The notes beneath the pieces are model-generated. The model did not search any database. It saw nothing but the letters and a program-made list of their open reading frames with translations, and was not told where the DNA came from. A program made the position numbers and the translations under genes. Source: Chloroflexota bacterium (GTDB taxonomy: Bacteria; Chloroflexota; UBA11872; VXOZ01). Taken from it: DNA of 64,000 bases. Every line of letters starts with the position of its first letter. Position 1 is the stretch's first letter. Shown in pieces: positions 52,260 through 64,000 of this stretch. The stretch is taken from positions 2,464,001 through 2,528,000 of the forward strand of contig OY760183.1 of NCBI GenBank assembly GCA_963663275.1. The letters run 5' to 3'.

Positions 52260-53792
52260 TTGAGCATCAAAACAGAAGACATCGCCTCCGCGCTGCGCCA
52301 GCAGATCGAGGCGTTCGACCGTCCCAGCGAGGCGGTTGACGTAGGCACGGTGGTGGAAGCGGGCGACGGCATTGCCCGCGTATTCGGCCTTTCCGGCGTC
52401 ATGAGCAGCGAAATCCTGGAGTTTGCCAACGGTGTCTACGGTTTGGCCCTCAACCTGGAGGAGGACACCGTCGGCGCGGTCGTCATGGGCCCTTACGAGG
52501 AAATCCGCGAGGGCGACGAGGTCCAGGGCACCGGGCGCGTCATGTCCGTGCCCATCGGGCCTGAACTGGTCGGCCGCGTGGTCAACTCGCTCGGCCAGCC
52601 GGTAGACGGCAAGGGGCCGATCAACGCCGCCGAAACCAGCGTAATCGAAAAAGTAGCGCCCGGCGTGGTTACGCGGGAGAGCGTAAACGTACCGTTGCAG
52701 ACCGGCATCAAGGCAATCGACTCCATGATTCCGATCGGCCGCGGCCAGCGCGAGTTGATCATCGGCGACCGCCAGACCGGCAAGACGGCCATTGCCCTGG
52801 ATACCATCATCAACCAGAAGGGCAAGGGCGTTACCTGCATCTACGTCGCCATCGGCCAGAAAGAGTCGGACATCGCCAACGTGATGACGATTCTCGATCG
52901 CAACGGCGCGATGGACCACACCATCATCGTCGCCGCCGGCGCCTCTGATCCCGCCGCGTTGCTCTACCTGGCGCCGTTCGCGGGCTGCACGATGGGCGAA
53001 TACTTCCGCGACAAGGGACAGGACGCGCTTGTCATCTACGACGACCTGAGCAAGCACGCCTGGGCCTACCGGCAAGTGTCGTTGCTGCTGCGGCGTCCGC
53101 CGGGCCGTGAAGCCTACCCGGGCGACGTCTTCTACCTCCACTCGCGCCTGCTGGAGCGCGCTTCCTGCCTCAACGAAAACTACGGCGGCGGCACGCTGAC
53201 CGCGCTGCCCATCATCGAAACCCAGGCCGGCGACGTCTCGGCCTACATCCCGACCAACGTCATTTCCATTACGGACGGCCAGATCTACCTGGAGCCCGAT
53301 CTCTTCTACGCCGGACAGCGCCCGGCCGTGAACGCCGGTATTTCCGTCTCCCGCGTCGGCGGCGACGCCCAGATTAAGGCGATGAAGCAGGTGGCCGGCC
53401 GTCTGCGCCTGGACATGGCGCAGTACCGCGAACTCGCCGCCTTCGCCCAAATCGGTTCAGACCTGGACCGGGTGACCCGGCAGCAATTGGAACGCGGGCA
53501 ACGGGCGATGGAAATCCTGAAGCAGGCGCAGTACGTGCCGCTCCCGGTTGAGAATCAAGTGATAACCATCGCCGCGCTCAACGCCGGTGAACTCGATGAC
53601 GTTGGCGTCGGCGACATCAGCCGCTTCGAGAGCGAGTTGCTCCAGTATATTGCCACGAGCCACCCCGAACTGACCGATGAGATCAGGGAATCCCAGTCGC
53701 TCTCGGATGAGGGCGAGGAGAAGCTGACGGCGGCCATCCAGCAGTTCAAGCGGGACGTCTTCCAGCCCAGCGCGCAAACAGGAGCAGCGTAA
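52260..53792 (+). CDS. atpA: ATP synthase subunit alpha
   Basis: [23 protein letters not shown]. Confidence 0.98.
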   Translation: MSIKTEDIASALRQQIEAFDRPSEAVDVGTVVEAGDGIARVFGLSGVMSSEILEFANGVYGLALNLEEDTVGAVVMGPYEEIREGDEVQGTGRVMSVPIGPELVGRVVNSLGQPVDGKGPINAAETSVIEKVAPGVVTRESVNVPLQTGIKAIDSMIPIGRGQRELIIGDRQTGKTAIALDTIINQKGKGVTCIYVAIGQKESDIANVMTILDRNGAMDHTIIVAAGASDPAALLYLAPFAGCTMGEYFRDKGQDALVIYDDLSKHAWAYRQVSLLLRRPPGREAYPGDVFYLHSRLLERASCLNENYGGGTLTALPIIETQAGDVSAYIPTNVISITDGQIYLEPDLFYAGQRPAVNAGISVSRVGGDAQIKAMKQVAGRLRLDMAQYRELAAFAQIGSDLDRVTRQQLERGQRAMEILKQAQYVPLPVENQVITIAALNAGELDDVGVGDISRFESELLQYIATSHPELTDEIRESQSLSDEGEEKLTAAIQQFKRDVFQPSAQTGAA

Positions 53793-54674
53793 GTGCCGAG
53801 CATTCGTCAACTGCGGCGGCGCATCCGGGGAGTTCAGAACACCCGCCAGATAACGCGCGCGATGGAGCTTGTGGCCTCCAGCCGCCTGCGCCGCGCGCAG
53901 GAGCGCGTGTTGGCTTCGCGGCCCTACGCGGAGCGCATCCGGCTGGTCATCAGCAACCTTGCCGCGGTCAGCGGCGCGCGGGAACTGCATCCCTTGTTGC
54001 AGGTGCGGCCGCTCTCCCGGGCCGCCCTCATCCTGTTCACCACCAGCCGGGGACTGTGCGGCAGCCTGAACTCCAACATGGTGCGCGCCGCGGTCAGCTT
54101 TACCCTGGAACGGGGTGTGCCCGTTGACATCTTTGCCGTGGGCACGAAAGGCCCGGCGCTCTTGCGCTCGGTCGGCCTAAGCGACTCCGTCTCCGCACAG
54201 TACGAGGACCTGGGCAACTACCCCAACCTGGCCGACATTCTGCCGATCGCGCGCAGCGTGGTGGACGGGTTTACGCACGCGCAGTACGATGAAGTCTACG
54301 TGGGCTTCTCGCAATTCGTGAACCTGATGCGCCAGGAGCCGACCTTAACCCGCATCCTGCCGATCACGCCGGACGAGATTGACACCAGCGAGGCGCGGGC
54401 CTACCACCAGGTGGACTACATCTACGAGCCGGGACCGGACGACGTGCTTTCCACGCTCTTGCCCCGTTTCATAGAATCGCAAGTCTACCGCGCGCTGCTG
54501 GAGAGTATCGCCAGCGAGCATAGCGCCCGCATGATCGCGATGCGCAATGCCACGGAAAACGCGGAGGAAATCCTCAACGACCTGACCCTCACCTACAACA
54601 AGGTGCGGCAGACGGCGATTACCAACGAGGTCATCGAGATTGCCACGGCGGCGCGAGCCATTGCCGGGGCCTAG
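53793..54674 (+). CDS. atpG: ATP synthase subunit gamma
   Basis: ITRAMELV, RGLCG, SEHSARM, RQTAITNE. Confidence 0.97.
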   Translation: MPSIRQLRRRIRGVQNTRQITRAMELVASSRLRRAQERVLASRPYAERIRLVISNLAAVSGARELHPLLQVRPLSRAALILFTTSRGLCGSLNSNMVRAAVSFTLERGVPVDIFAVGTKGPALLRSVGLSDSVSAQYEDLGNYPNLADILPIARSVVDGFTHAQYDEVYVGFSQFVNLMRQEPTLTRILPITPDEIDTSEARAYHQVDYIYEPGPDDVLSTLLPRFIESQVYRALLESIASEHSARMIAMRNATENAEEILNDLTLTYNKVRQTAITNEVIEIATAARAIAGA

Positions 54675-54691
54675 AAGATAATGGACAATAG

Positions 54692-56143
<1,452 letters not shown>

Positions 56144-56145
56144 CC

Positions 56146-56598
56146 ATGGCCGCGCTGAATGCGACAAGGGCGCTCCGCCTGGAAATCATCACCGCCGAGC
56201 GCATCGTCCTCACCGAGGACGCGGTGACGTCGGTCCAGGTTCCGGCGGCGGACGGGCGCGTGGGCATATTGCCGCGCCACGCGCCGCTGATGACGACGCT
56301 CGCCCCCGGCGAACTCATCATGCGCAAAGAAGAGGAGTCGGAGTCCTTTTTTGTGACCGGCGGTTTCCTGGAAGTGCGCAACAACCACGTAGCCGTCTTG
56401 GCGGACGCTTCCGAGCGGGCCGAGGAAATCGACGAGGCCCGCGCCGAGGAAGCGCGGCGCCGCGCCGAGGCCACGCTCAGCGAAAAGAAGGATCGGGCGC
56501 AACTGGTAGCCGCCGAGATTGCCTTGCGCCGCGCGATGATACGGTTGCGCCTGGCGCAGCAGGCCCGGCGTAGGCGCGGTTCGACTCCGGCGCGGTAG
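56146..56598 (+). CDS. atpC: ATP synthase subunit epsilon
   Basis: GILPRHAPL, GGFLEV, VLAD. Confidence 0.96.
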   Translation: MAALNATRALRLEIITAERIVLTEDAVTSVQVPAADGRVGILPRHAPLMTTLAPGELIMRKEEESESFFVTGGFLEVRNNHVAVLADASERAEEIDEARAEEARRRAEATLSEKKDRAQLVAAEIALRRAMIRLRLAQQARRRRGSTPAR

Positions 56599-56783
56599 TT
56601 GCGGCGCGGGCGGGCCGCAAGCGAGCGCGACCGGTGCTTGCTAAAGGGCCCGGCAGGATCGACGCAGCCGCCTTCCTTACACGCGAAAGAGGCGCTGGAC
56701 CGTCCGTCTCGCCGCCGCTTGGGCTACCGGCCCGGCGTCGCCGGACAGGCGATGAATCGAATCTTTCGCAGGAGCAGCCCCAC

Positions 56784-58100
56784 ATGCCCGACGTGGTTGG
56801 AGACGCGGCCTTGGCGCAGCGGACGCAAGCGGAGACGGCTGTCATCCATGGCGGACGGCGCCTGGCCGGTGAGGCGCGCGTGCGCGGTTCCAAGAATTGC
56901 GCGCTGCCCCTCATGGCGGCGGCTCTGCTTACCAAAGAAACCTGCGTACTCCACAACCCGCCCTTCATCCGCGACATCGAGGCCATGGCCGCCCTGCTCA
57001 CCAGCCTCGGCGCCCGTGTGGAAATGGATGAGCGGCAGCGCACGATCGCGATCACGGCGGATACGATAACTTCCACGCAAACCCCCGCCGCCATCGCCGC
57101 CAGTTTCCGCGCTTCGTTCCTCGTGACCGGCCCGCTGTTGGCCCGCGCCGGGCAGGCCTCGTCGGTGCACCCCGGCGGCTGCAAGATTGGCGAGCGGCCG
57201 GTGAACGTGGATCTGCTCGGTTTCGAGGCCATGGGCGCCGCGGTGGAGCGCCGGGAGGCGGGCTACCGCCTGGCCGCCAAGCGCCTTAGGGGCGCGCGCC
57301 TCTACCTTGACTATCCCAGCCACACCGGCACTGAAAACCTGATGCTCGCCGCCACGTTGGCCTCCGGCACGAGCGTGATCCGCCACGCTTCCGCCGAACC
57401 GGAAGTGGTCGCGCTGGCCGACTGCCTCAACCGCATGGGCGCGCGCATTGCCGGCGCCGGCACGAATACCATTGAAGTCGAAGGCGTGGACGCGCTTCAC
57501 GGCGCGGAGTGGGACGTCATTCCCGATCGCCACGAAGCGGGCAGCTTTGCCCTGGCCGGGGCGATTACCGGCGGCGAGGTGACAATCCACAACATCGAAT
57601 ACGACCACGTGGAGCCGGTCTTCTACAAGCTGGCGCAGTGTGGTGTTACTATACAAGGCACCGGGGATCCGATCACCGTGACGGCAGACCGTCCTTTGCG
57701 CCCCGTGGAGGTGCAGGCCATTCACTTTCCCGGGTTCCCCACCGACCTGCAACCCCAGATCTGCGCGCTGCTGACCCAAGCACACGGCGAAAGCGTCATC
57801 CACGAGCGGGTCTTCGAGTCGCGGTTCAACTACGTGGAAGAGTTGCGCAAACTGGGCGCCGACGTGCGCGTCGCCGGTGAGAAAGCCTACGTGCGCGGGC
57901 CCGCCCCTTTGCGCGGGGCCGAGGTGCGCGCCCTGGACATTCGCTCGGGCGTCGCGCTGCTGCTGGCCGGCTTGGCCGCGGAAGGCACGTCCCGCGTAAC
58001 GGGCATGCATCACGTCTTTCGCGGCTATGAGTCGCTGCCGGAAGACCTCATCAGCCTGGGCGCGCACGTGACGATCGTGCGTGAAGATCACGCGGAATAG
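56784..58100 (+). CDS. murA: UDP-N-acetylglucosamine 1-carboxyvinyltransferase
   Basis: [36 protein letters not shown]. Confidence 0.95.
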   Translation: MPDVVGDAALAQRTQAETAVIHGGRRLAGEARVRGSKNCALPLMAAALLTKETCVLHNPPFIRDIEAMAALLTSLGARVEMDERQRTIAITADTITSTQTPAAIAASFRASFLVTGPLLARAGQASSVHPGGCKIGERPVNVDLLGFEAMGAAVERREAGYRLAAKRLRGARLYLDYPSHTGTENLMLAATLASGTSVIRHASAEPEVVALADCLNRMGARIAGAGTNTIEVEGVDALHGAEWDVIPDRHEAGSFALAGAITGGEVTIHNIEYDHVEPVFYKLAQCGVTIQGTGDPITVTADRPLRPVEVQAIHFPGFPTDLQPQICALLTQAHGESVIHERVFESRFNYVEELRKLGADVRVAGEKAYVRGPAPLRGAEVRALDIRSGVALLLAGLAAEGTSRVTGMHHVFRGYESLPEDLISLGAHVTIVREDHAE

Positions 58101-58108
58101 CTTGGTTC

Positions 58109-59119
58109 ATGTTTGGCACACAACAAATCGGCATCGATCTGGGAACGGCCAACGTGCTGGTGTACGTGCCGGGAAGGGGCATCGCCGTTAACGGCCCCTC
58201 AGTCGTTGCCGTTTCGACCGAAGACAACCACGTGGAAACTATCGGCGATGAAGCGCGCCAGATGATCGGCCGCGCGCCGGACAACATCGCGGTTGTGCGC
58301 CCCATGCGAGAGGGTGTTATCGCCAATTACGTCGTAACCCAGGAGATGATCCGCCACCTCATCCGGCGTGTCTGCGGGCGGGTGCGCTTCTTCAAACCGG
58401 ACGTGATGATTTCCGTGCCTACCGGGGTGACGAGCGTGGAACGGCGGGCCGTGCACGACGCCGTAGTCGCGGCCGGCGCCGGCAATGCCTACCTCATCCA
58501 GGAGCCGCTGGCCGCCGCCCTGGGCGCGAATTTGCCTATCTCCTCGGCCAGCGGCAGCATGATCGTGAACATCGGCGGAGGCACTACGGAAGTTGCGGTG
58601 CTGTCGCTGAACGCAATTGTGGTCTGCAATTCGGTGCGCGTAGGCGGCAGCCGGATCGATACGACTATTTTTAATTATGTCAAGCGGCACTACAACCTCC
58701 TGATTGGTGAGGGCACCGCTGAAGAGGTCAAGATTTCCATCGGCAGCGCGCTTCCTTTGGAGCCGCCCCTGTCGCTGGAAGTGCGCGGCAGAGACCAGGT
58801 GGCGGGACTCCCCCGCACCATTACGATCACGTCCGACGAGATTACGGAAGCGATACAAGAAACCGTCGGCATCATCGTCAAGTGCGTGCGCGACGTGCTG
58901 GAAAAGACGCCGCCGGAACTTGCTTCCGACATCATCGACCGGGGTATCGTGATGACCGGCGGCGGCGCTCTGCTGCGGAACCTTGACGGACTGCTGACGC
59001 AGGAGACCGGCATTCCCTGCTACGTCGCCGACAATCCCCTGGTCTGCGTCGCGCTCGGTACCGGCGCGGCGTTGCAATACTTCGATACGCTGAAGCGCAA
59101 CCTGGTCACCACCCGCTAG
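58109..59119 (+). CDS. mreB: Rod shape-determining protein MreB/Mbl
   Basis: [24 protein letters not shown]. Confidence 0.93.
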   Translation: MFGTQQIGIDLGTANVLVYVPGRGIAVNGPSVVAVSTEDNHVETIGDEARQMIGRAPDNIAVVRPMREGVIANYVVTQEMIRHLIRRVCGRVRFFKPDVMISVPTGVTSVERRAVHDAVVAAGAGNAYLIQEPLAAALGANLPISSASGSMIVNIGGGTTEVAVLSLNAIVVCNSVRVGGSRIDTTIFNYVKRHYNLLIGEGTAEEVKISIGSALPLEPPLSLEVRGRDQVAGLPRTITITSDEITEAIQETVGIIVKCVRDVLEKTPPELASDIIDRGIVMTGGGALLRNLDGLLTQETGIPCYVADNPLVCVALGTGAALQYFDTLKRNLVTTR

Positions 59120-59211
59120 CAATTCCCCTGTCGCGCGGATCACTGGAGAGATTCTACAAAACCGCCCGGTCGTCTGCCTGCCGCGCCACGCCTCCTTTGT
59201 CCGCCATTCTG

Positions 59212-59237
59212 CCGTAGCCCGGGGGCTCGTCCCCCGC
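59212..59237 (+). repeat. Family B REP
   Basis: CCGTAGCCCGGGGGCTCGTCCCCCGC. Confidence 0.7.
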
Positions 59238-59298
59238 CTCCTGGCGCGCCGTGCGAAACGCCACTCCGGGCACGTCGTTTAGGTGTGCGGCAAAGGAA

Positions 59299-59307
59299 TG
59301 CTATAAT
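59299..59307 (+). promoter_or_regulatory. Extended -10 promoter upstream of yebC
   Basis: TGCTATAAT. Confidence 0.55.
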
Positions 59308-59429
59308 GAACGTACTTGTCCGGCCTCGCGCGCATGGGGCGGCGGCGCTCGGCCCGGTTTTCAATGCCGGCGGGCGCGTTCGGTTGAAGAGACCGCTGCG
59401 GCGGCGCGGTGACTGAAGGAGGGAACGGC

Positions 59430-60182
59430 ATGGCAGGACATTCCAAGTGGGCGAATATCAAGCGCCAGAAAGCGGCCAATGACGCCAAGCGCGGTCAACT
59501 CTACACCAAGCTGGGACGCGAGATTACCGTGGCCGCCCGGGACGGCGGCGCCGATACGGAGACGAACTTTCGCTTGCGCCTGGCCGTGCAGCGCGCCAAA
59601 GACGCCAACATGCCGGCCGACACCATCGAGCGCGCCGTCAAGCGCGGCAGCGGCGAACTCGATGATTCTGTGCGGCTGGAAGACATGGTCTACGAAGGCT
59701 ACGGTCCCGGCGGCGCGGCGCTCTTCATCGAGGCGCTCACGGACAACCGCAATCGCACCGTGGCCGAACTGCGCAACGTCCTGACACGGGGCGGCGGCAA
59801 CCTGGGCGAGTCCGGCAGCGTCGCCTGGATGTTCGATACCCGCGGGCAGGTGCTCATCGACCTCAACGGCAGCGACCCGGACGAGGTGATGCTGGAATCC
59901 ATCGAACTCGGCGCGGAGGACGTCCAAGAGGAAGAGGGCACGCTCGTCATTCTCACCCTGCTGGAGCAGCTTGAAGCTATGCGGCGCGGCATGGAAGAGC
60001 GGGGCTATACCGTGGAAAGCGCCGAACTCACCCGCGTTCCCAAGACCATGTCGGAGCCTGAAACCGCCAAAGCGGCGCAGGCGATGCGCCTGATCGAAAG
60101 CGTGGAAGACCTGGACGACGTGCAGAAGGTCTACACAAACCTGGAACTCACCGACGAGATGCTGGCCGCGTACGTGGGCTAG
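59430..60182 (+). CDS. yebC: YebC/PmpR family protein
   Basis: MAGHSKWANIK, YEGYGPGG, TDNRNRT, DDVQKVY. Confidence 0.96.
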   Translation: MAGHSKWANIKRQKAANDAKRGQLYTKLGREITVAARDGGADTETNFRLRLAVQRAKDANMPADTIERAVKRGSGELDDSVRLEDMVYEGYGPGGAALFIEALTDNRNRTVAELRNVLTRGGGNLGESGSVAWMFDTRGQVLIDLNGSDPDEVMLESIELGAEDVQEEEGTLVILTLLEQLEAMRRGMEERGYTVESAELTRVPKTMSEPETAKAAQAMRLIESVEDLDDVQKVYTNLELTDEMLAAYVG

Positions 60183-60273
60183 CGCCCTTTCGAGTGATTG
60201 GCGACTACCTTCGTAAACCACAGTCTACCGCCCTGTCAGGATGTGTGCTTCTGCCCTATCAAGACGGAGGCGC

Positions 60274-60421
60274 GTACCCGTTCAAGACACAAATAGTACG
60301 CTTTCAAGACACAGTTAGTACCCGTTCAGGACACAGGCTGGTACCTTTTCAGGACACAGGCTGGTACCCGTTCAAGACACAGGCTGATACCTTTTCAAAA
60401 CACATGCTAGTACCCTTTCAG
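60274..60421 (+). repeat. 22/23-bp tandem direct repeats (six full, one partial)
   Basis: Consensus GTACCCGTTCAAGACACAGGCTG; units at 60274, 60296, 60318, 60341, 60364, 60387, 60410. Confidence 0.9.
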
Positions 60422-60455
60422 AGTTGATTCTCCGCTTGGATGGCTCTGCTCTTGT

Positions 60456-60489
60456 CCCCTCTCCCTGAGGGAGAGGGCTAGGGTGAGGG
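60456..60489 (+). repeat. Family A REP
   Basis: CCCTCTCCCTGAGGGAGAGGGCTAGGGTGAGGG. Confidence 0.8.
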
Positions 60490-60542
60490 CAATAACACCG
60501 CTCCCCTCCGGTCAATCTCGACAAACCGAACAGGACTTCCAC

Positions 60543-61034
60543 ATGCGCATCCTCGGCATCGATCCCGGCACCGCCAGACTGGGTTACGGCATCATCGAAG
60601 ACACGCCGGACCTCTCCCTGGTGGCTTTCGGCTGTCTCACGACCCCTGCCAAGCAGAGCCAGCCGAGCCGCTTGCAGTCGCTCTACGAGGAACTTGATGA
60701 CATCTTCCGCGCGGAAGCGCCCGATGAGGTGGCGGTGGAACGGCTCTTCTTCAACCAGAACATCACCACCGCGTTTGCCGTGGGTGAAGCGCGGGGCGTG
60801 GTGCTCCTGCGCGCCGCCCAGGCCGGCTGTCCCGTGAGCGACTACACGCCGCTGCAAATCAAGCAGACGCTGGTGGGGTACGGGCGGGCCGACAAGCGCC
60901 AGGTGCAGACCATGGTGGCCATGGCGCTGGCCCTGCCGCAGCCGCCCACGCCGGACGACGCCGCCGACGCGCTTGCCGTCGCCATCTGCCACGCGCACGC
61001 GCGCACCGCCCGGCAACTCCTCGCGCAGACATGA
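60543..61034 (+). CDS. ruvC: Holliday junction resolvase RuvC
   Basis: ILGIDPG, VERLFF, GRADKRQV, DDAADALAVA. Confidence 0.97.
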   Translation: MRILGIDPGTARLGYGIIEDTPDLSLVAFGCLTTPAKQSQPSRLQSLYEELDDIFRAEAPDEVAVERLFFNQNITTAFAVGEARGVVLLRAAQAGCPVSDYTPLQIKQTLVGYGRADKRQVQTMVAMALALPQPPTPDDAADALAVAICHAHARTARQLLAQT

Positions 61035-61612
61035 TAGCCTTCATTCGCGGCCAACTTGCCAGCACCGACACGGAATCCGTTACAATTCGCGTGGGCGGCA
61101 GCGACGATGCCGGCGGCATCGGACTGCGCGCGCTCGTTCCCAGCAACGTCATCCAGGAAATCGGCGCGGTGGGCGACAGCGTCACTCTGGTGACGAGACT
61201 GCTGGTGCGCGACGATCGGCTGGACCTCTACGGCTTTGCCACCGAACGCCAGGCGGCGCTCTTCGACCAGGTGCAGACCGTGGGCGGCGTCGGGCCGCGC
61301 CTGGCCCTGGCAATTCTCTCGGCGTTCACGCCCGACCAGTTCGCCGCGGCGCTGGAAAATGAAGACGTGGGACAACTCACCCGCGTGAGCGGGCTGGGCA
61401 AGCGGACGGCAAGCCGCATTCTGCTGGAACTTCGCGGCAAGCTGACGCCGCCGCCCGACGCGGCCACCGCTCCCGACGAGACCGCGGACGCGCTGGCGGC
61501 GTTGGGCTACTCCGCCGCCGAGATTGCCCGTGTTCTCGCCCGTCCGGAGGTACAGGCCGCCGCTTCGGTGGAAGAGCGCGTTGCCGCCGCCCTGCGCCGG
61601 CTTGGCAGCTAA
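61031..61612 (+). CDS. ruvA: Holliday junction branch migration protein RuvA
   Basis: MIAFIRG, LYGF, GVGPRLA, GLGKRTA, ALAALGY. Confidence 0.96.
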   Translation: MIAFIRGQLASTDTESVTIRVGGSDDAGGIGLRALVPSNVIQEIGAVGDSVTLVTRLLVRDDRLDLYGFATERQAALFDQVQTVGGVGPRLALAILSAFTPDQFAAALENEDVGQLTRVSGLGKRTASRILLELRGKLTPPPDAATAPDETADALAALGYSAAEIARVLARPEVQAAASVEERVAAALRRLGS

Positions 61613-61880
61613 GCACGTGGGCCCACACTAGCCAGTGCGCTCGGATTAGCAGATGCGTCCTGATTGGCAAGTGCGTCCAAGTTAGCAAGTGCGTCCAAGT
61701 TAGCAAGCGCGCCCAGACTAGCACTTGCGTCCAAGCTAGCAGGTGCGTCCAGGTAAGTAAATGCGCGCAGACTAGCAAGTGCGCCAAGATTAGCACATGC
61801 GTCCAGATTAGCAAGCGAGTCCAGTTTAGCAAGAGCGCCCAGACTTGCAGGCGCGTTCAGCTTTGCAAGTGCGCCCAGAG
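61611..61880 (+). repeat. Fifteen-unit 18-bp tandem repeat
   Basis: Units like TAGCAAGTGCGTCCAAGT, exact 18-bp period with no indels. Confidence 0.92.
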
Positions 61881-61900
61881 GTACTGTCTTGCGGCATCAG

Positions 61901-61926
61901 CCGTTCGCCCTGAGCCTGTCGAAGGG
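61901..61926 (+). repeat. Family D REP-like element
   Basis: CCGTTCGCCCTGAGCCTGTCGAAGGG. Confidence 0.75.
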
Positions 61927-61998
61927 CAGTTCATGGTTTGAGAGCGCCGCCGCAAGCGCCTTGAACGGACTTCAAACACAATCGGAAAGAAAGACCCC

Positions 61999-63030
61999 AT
62001 GAGCGAAACCCGCATCGTGGCCCCGGAAGAAGAGCCGGAAGACAGTCAAGCGGCGCAAACGCTCCGGCCCCGCTCGCTGGAGGAGTGCATCGGCCAGGAC
62101 AAGGTGCGGGAGCACTTGCGCATCGCGATCACCGCCGCGCAGCAGCGCCAAGAGCCGCTGGACCATACTCTCTTCCACGGCCCGCCCGGATTGGGCAAGA
62201 CCACTTTTGCCAACGTGCTCGCCACGGAGATGGGGGTCAACATCAAGGTCACGGCCGGCCCGGCCATCGAGCGGCCGGGCGACCTGGCCGCTATCCTCTC
62301 CAACGTCCGCGCCCACGACATCCTCTTCATCGACGAGGTGCACCGCCTCCACCGCGCCGTAGAGGAAATCCTCTATCCGGCCATGGAGGACTTTGCCCTG
62401 GACATCGTGATGGGCAAGGGTCTGGCGGCACGCAGCATCCGGCTCTCGCTGCCCCAGTTTACGTTGATTGGCGCCACCACCCGGCTCGCGCTCGTCAGTT
62501 CACCGCTGCGGGACCGCTTTGGCGCGCACTTCCACATGGAGTACTATGACCTGGAGGCCATGCGCCGCATCGTGGAGCGTTCCGCCCGGATTCTGGGCGT
62601 GCGCATCGACGCGGCGGGCATCCGGGAGATCGCGCAACGCTCGCGGGGCACGCCGCGCATCACCAATCGCCTGCTGCGCCGCATCCGCGACTGGGCCCAG
62701 GTGAAAGGCGACGGACGCATCACCGCCGTCCTTGCCGGGGAGTGCCTGGAAAGCCTGGAAATCGACGGCCTGGGACTGGATGCCGTGGACCGCACGATTC
62801 TCCTGACGATCGCGGAGAAATTCGGCGGCGGTCCCGTGGGCATCGATACGCTCGCTGCCGCCATCGGCGATGAGGCGCAGACGATCGAGGACGTCTACGA
62901 GCCGTACTTGATGCAACTTGGCTTTCTGGCCAAGACCCCGCGCGGACGAGTCGTGCTCAACGCGGCGTACGAGCACCTGGGGCTGGCCAACGCTGAAGAC
63001 GCCGACGACCAGCCGCGCCTCTTCGAGTAG
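61999..63030 (+). CDS. ruvB: Holliday junction branch migration helicase RuvB
   Basis: [29 protein letters not shown]. Confidence 0.98.
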   Translation: MSETRIVAPEEEPEDSQAAQTLRPRSLEECIGQDKVREHLRIAITAAQQRQEPLDHTLFHGPPGLGKTTFANVLATEMGVNIKVTAGPAIERPGDLAAILSNVRAHDILFIDEVHRLHRAVEEILYPAMEDFALDIVMGKGLAARSIRLSLPQFTLIGATTRLALVSSPLRDRFGAHFHMEYYDLEAMRRIVERSARILGVRIDAAGIREIAQRSRGTPRITNRLLRRIRDWAQVKGDGRITAVLAGECLESLEIDGLGLDAVDRTILLTIAEKFGGGPVGIDTLAAAIGDEAQTIEDVYEPYLMQLGFLAKTPRGRVVLNAAYEHLGLANAEDADDQPRLFE

Positions 63031-63072
63031 TATTGGTAAGGTGTGCCAAAAGACGCCTGAGAGAGAAGGCGC

Positions 63073-63705
63073 ATGAACAGAGTGTCCGCTCTGCCGCAAC
63101 GCACCGTGCGCGACTCCATGCGCTGGATCGGTTGGGACGTGCCGCTGCGCCTGCTGCCGTTCGCGGCCGTGGCCTGCATTTGGGCCTACGCGCTGGCCGA
63201 CGGCGCGGAGACGCTCAAGCTCACCTGGCGCGTTACAGGCAGCGACCTTGCCCTCATGGTGGGCGCGGGCGTCCCCGTATTCGCCGCGTGCACGCTCTTT
63301 CGCTCGCGCTACTGGCCCATCCGGGACGTGGCCTCTCCCCGCGCGCACCTGGTGGAGGACGGCTACTTTCTGCTTTTCAACGCCCCGGCGGAGGAACTCT
63401 TCTTTCGCGGCATGCTCCAGTCCTGGGCCATGAGCGTCGGTTTCGTGCCGCCCCTGGCGGGGTTCGCGGGGGTTGCGCTGCTCTTCGGTTTCTACCACCG
63501 GCTGGCCGGCTTTACACTGCCCTTCCTGCTGCTCGCCACCGGGGGCGGCGTGCTGTTCGGCGCGCTCTTCTACGTCTCGAGCTCTATTCTCACGCCGATC
63601 ATCGTCCACTTCATTGCCGACCTCGCGCTCTTCAATCTGGGCCCCGCCCTGCTCGTACGGTTTCGGGGGAATCCCTCCCGCACGGCACCGGCGGCTTCCG
63701 TTTGA
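63073..63705 (+). CDS. CPBP family intramembrane glutamic endopeptidase
   Basis: EELFFRG, FGFYH, VHFIAD. Confidence 0.9.
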   Translation: MNRVSALPQRTVRDSMRWIGWDVPLRLLPFAAVACIWAYALADGAETLKLTWRVTGSDLALMVGAGVPVFAACTLFRSRYWPIRDVASPRAHLVEDGYFLLFNAPAEELFFRGMLQSWAMSVGFVPPLAGFAGVALLFGFYHRLAGFTLPFLLLATGGGVLFGALFYVSSSILTPIIVHFIADLALFNLGPALLVRFRGNPSRTAPAASV

Positions 63706-63848
63706 CAGTTTCTTGCGCCGCTCCCTAAACTAAGGATGACGCGAATCGTCGAAGCGCCTCACGGCTGGGCTTCCCTGCAATCGAGCGCATTGCACAGCCA
63801 CCGTCAGCTTGGCACCTTGAATGTCGCGCTGAAAAGAACGCAAAGACT

Positions 63849-63883
63849 CCCTCTCCCTGGGGAGAGGGCCGGGGTGAGGGGGG
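63849..63883 (+). repeat. Family A REP
   Basis: CCCTCTCCCTGGGGAGAGGGCCGGGGTGAGGG. Confidence 0.8.
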
Positions 63884-64000
63884 AGTCTTTACCGTTCCAG
63901 CCGATTTCCCGCGCGCCCGCCACAGCGAGGCAGAAGCGCCTAAGTGAGTGAGAAGCGCAGAGAACAGACACGTACACCCGGAGTACAATCTACATGCCCA

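Noticed and set aside
61377-61832. Minus-strand WTHLL-repeat ORF as a real gene
   Set aside because: Antisense to ruvA/ruvB and overlapping ruvA; openness is explained by the 18-bp period

Overview
High-GC bacterial chromosomal window, probably Chloroflexota (inferred from the surface-protein style and the atp-murA-mreB and yebC-ruvCAB synteny). Core content: three tRNA genes (partial Trp-like, Lys-UUU, Leu-UAG), nupC-type transporter, tatC, iolB, a pyridine nucleotide-disulfide oxidoreductase, an ATP-grasp/amtB/alpha-E/transglutaminase operon, a histidine kinase + binding protein + Rsb-type partner-switch module, a DtxR-adjacent iron-type ABC operon, the full F1Fo operon, murA, mreB-like, yebC and ruvCAB. 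Best candidate for a new system: a defence hotspot after tRNA-Leu (about 16.1-26.8 kb), anchored by a Fic gene and a type IIG restriction-modification (RM) gene. Its cargo genes (vapBC, HNH, an unknown membrane protein, HEPN) are separated by degenerate copies of the anchors' own ends: one fic promoter + 5' end and two RM 3' ends. This suggests an integrase-free, two-sided cassette-accretion array. Also notable: a four-level nest of REPs, MITEs and an IS30 at 5.9-7.3 kb; at least five REP-like families, with copies translated in frame inside the RM enzyme; and unexplained 18-bp and 22/23-bp tandem arrays in the ruv locus. All calls come from reading the sequence by eye; no searches were run.
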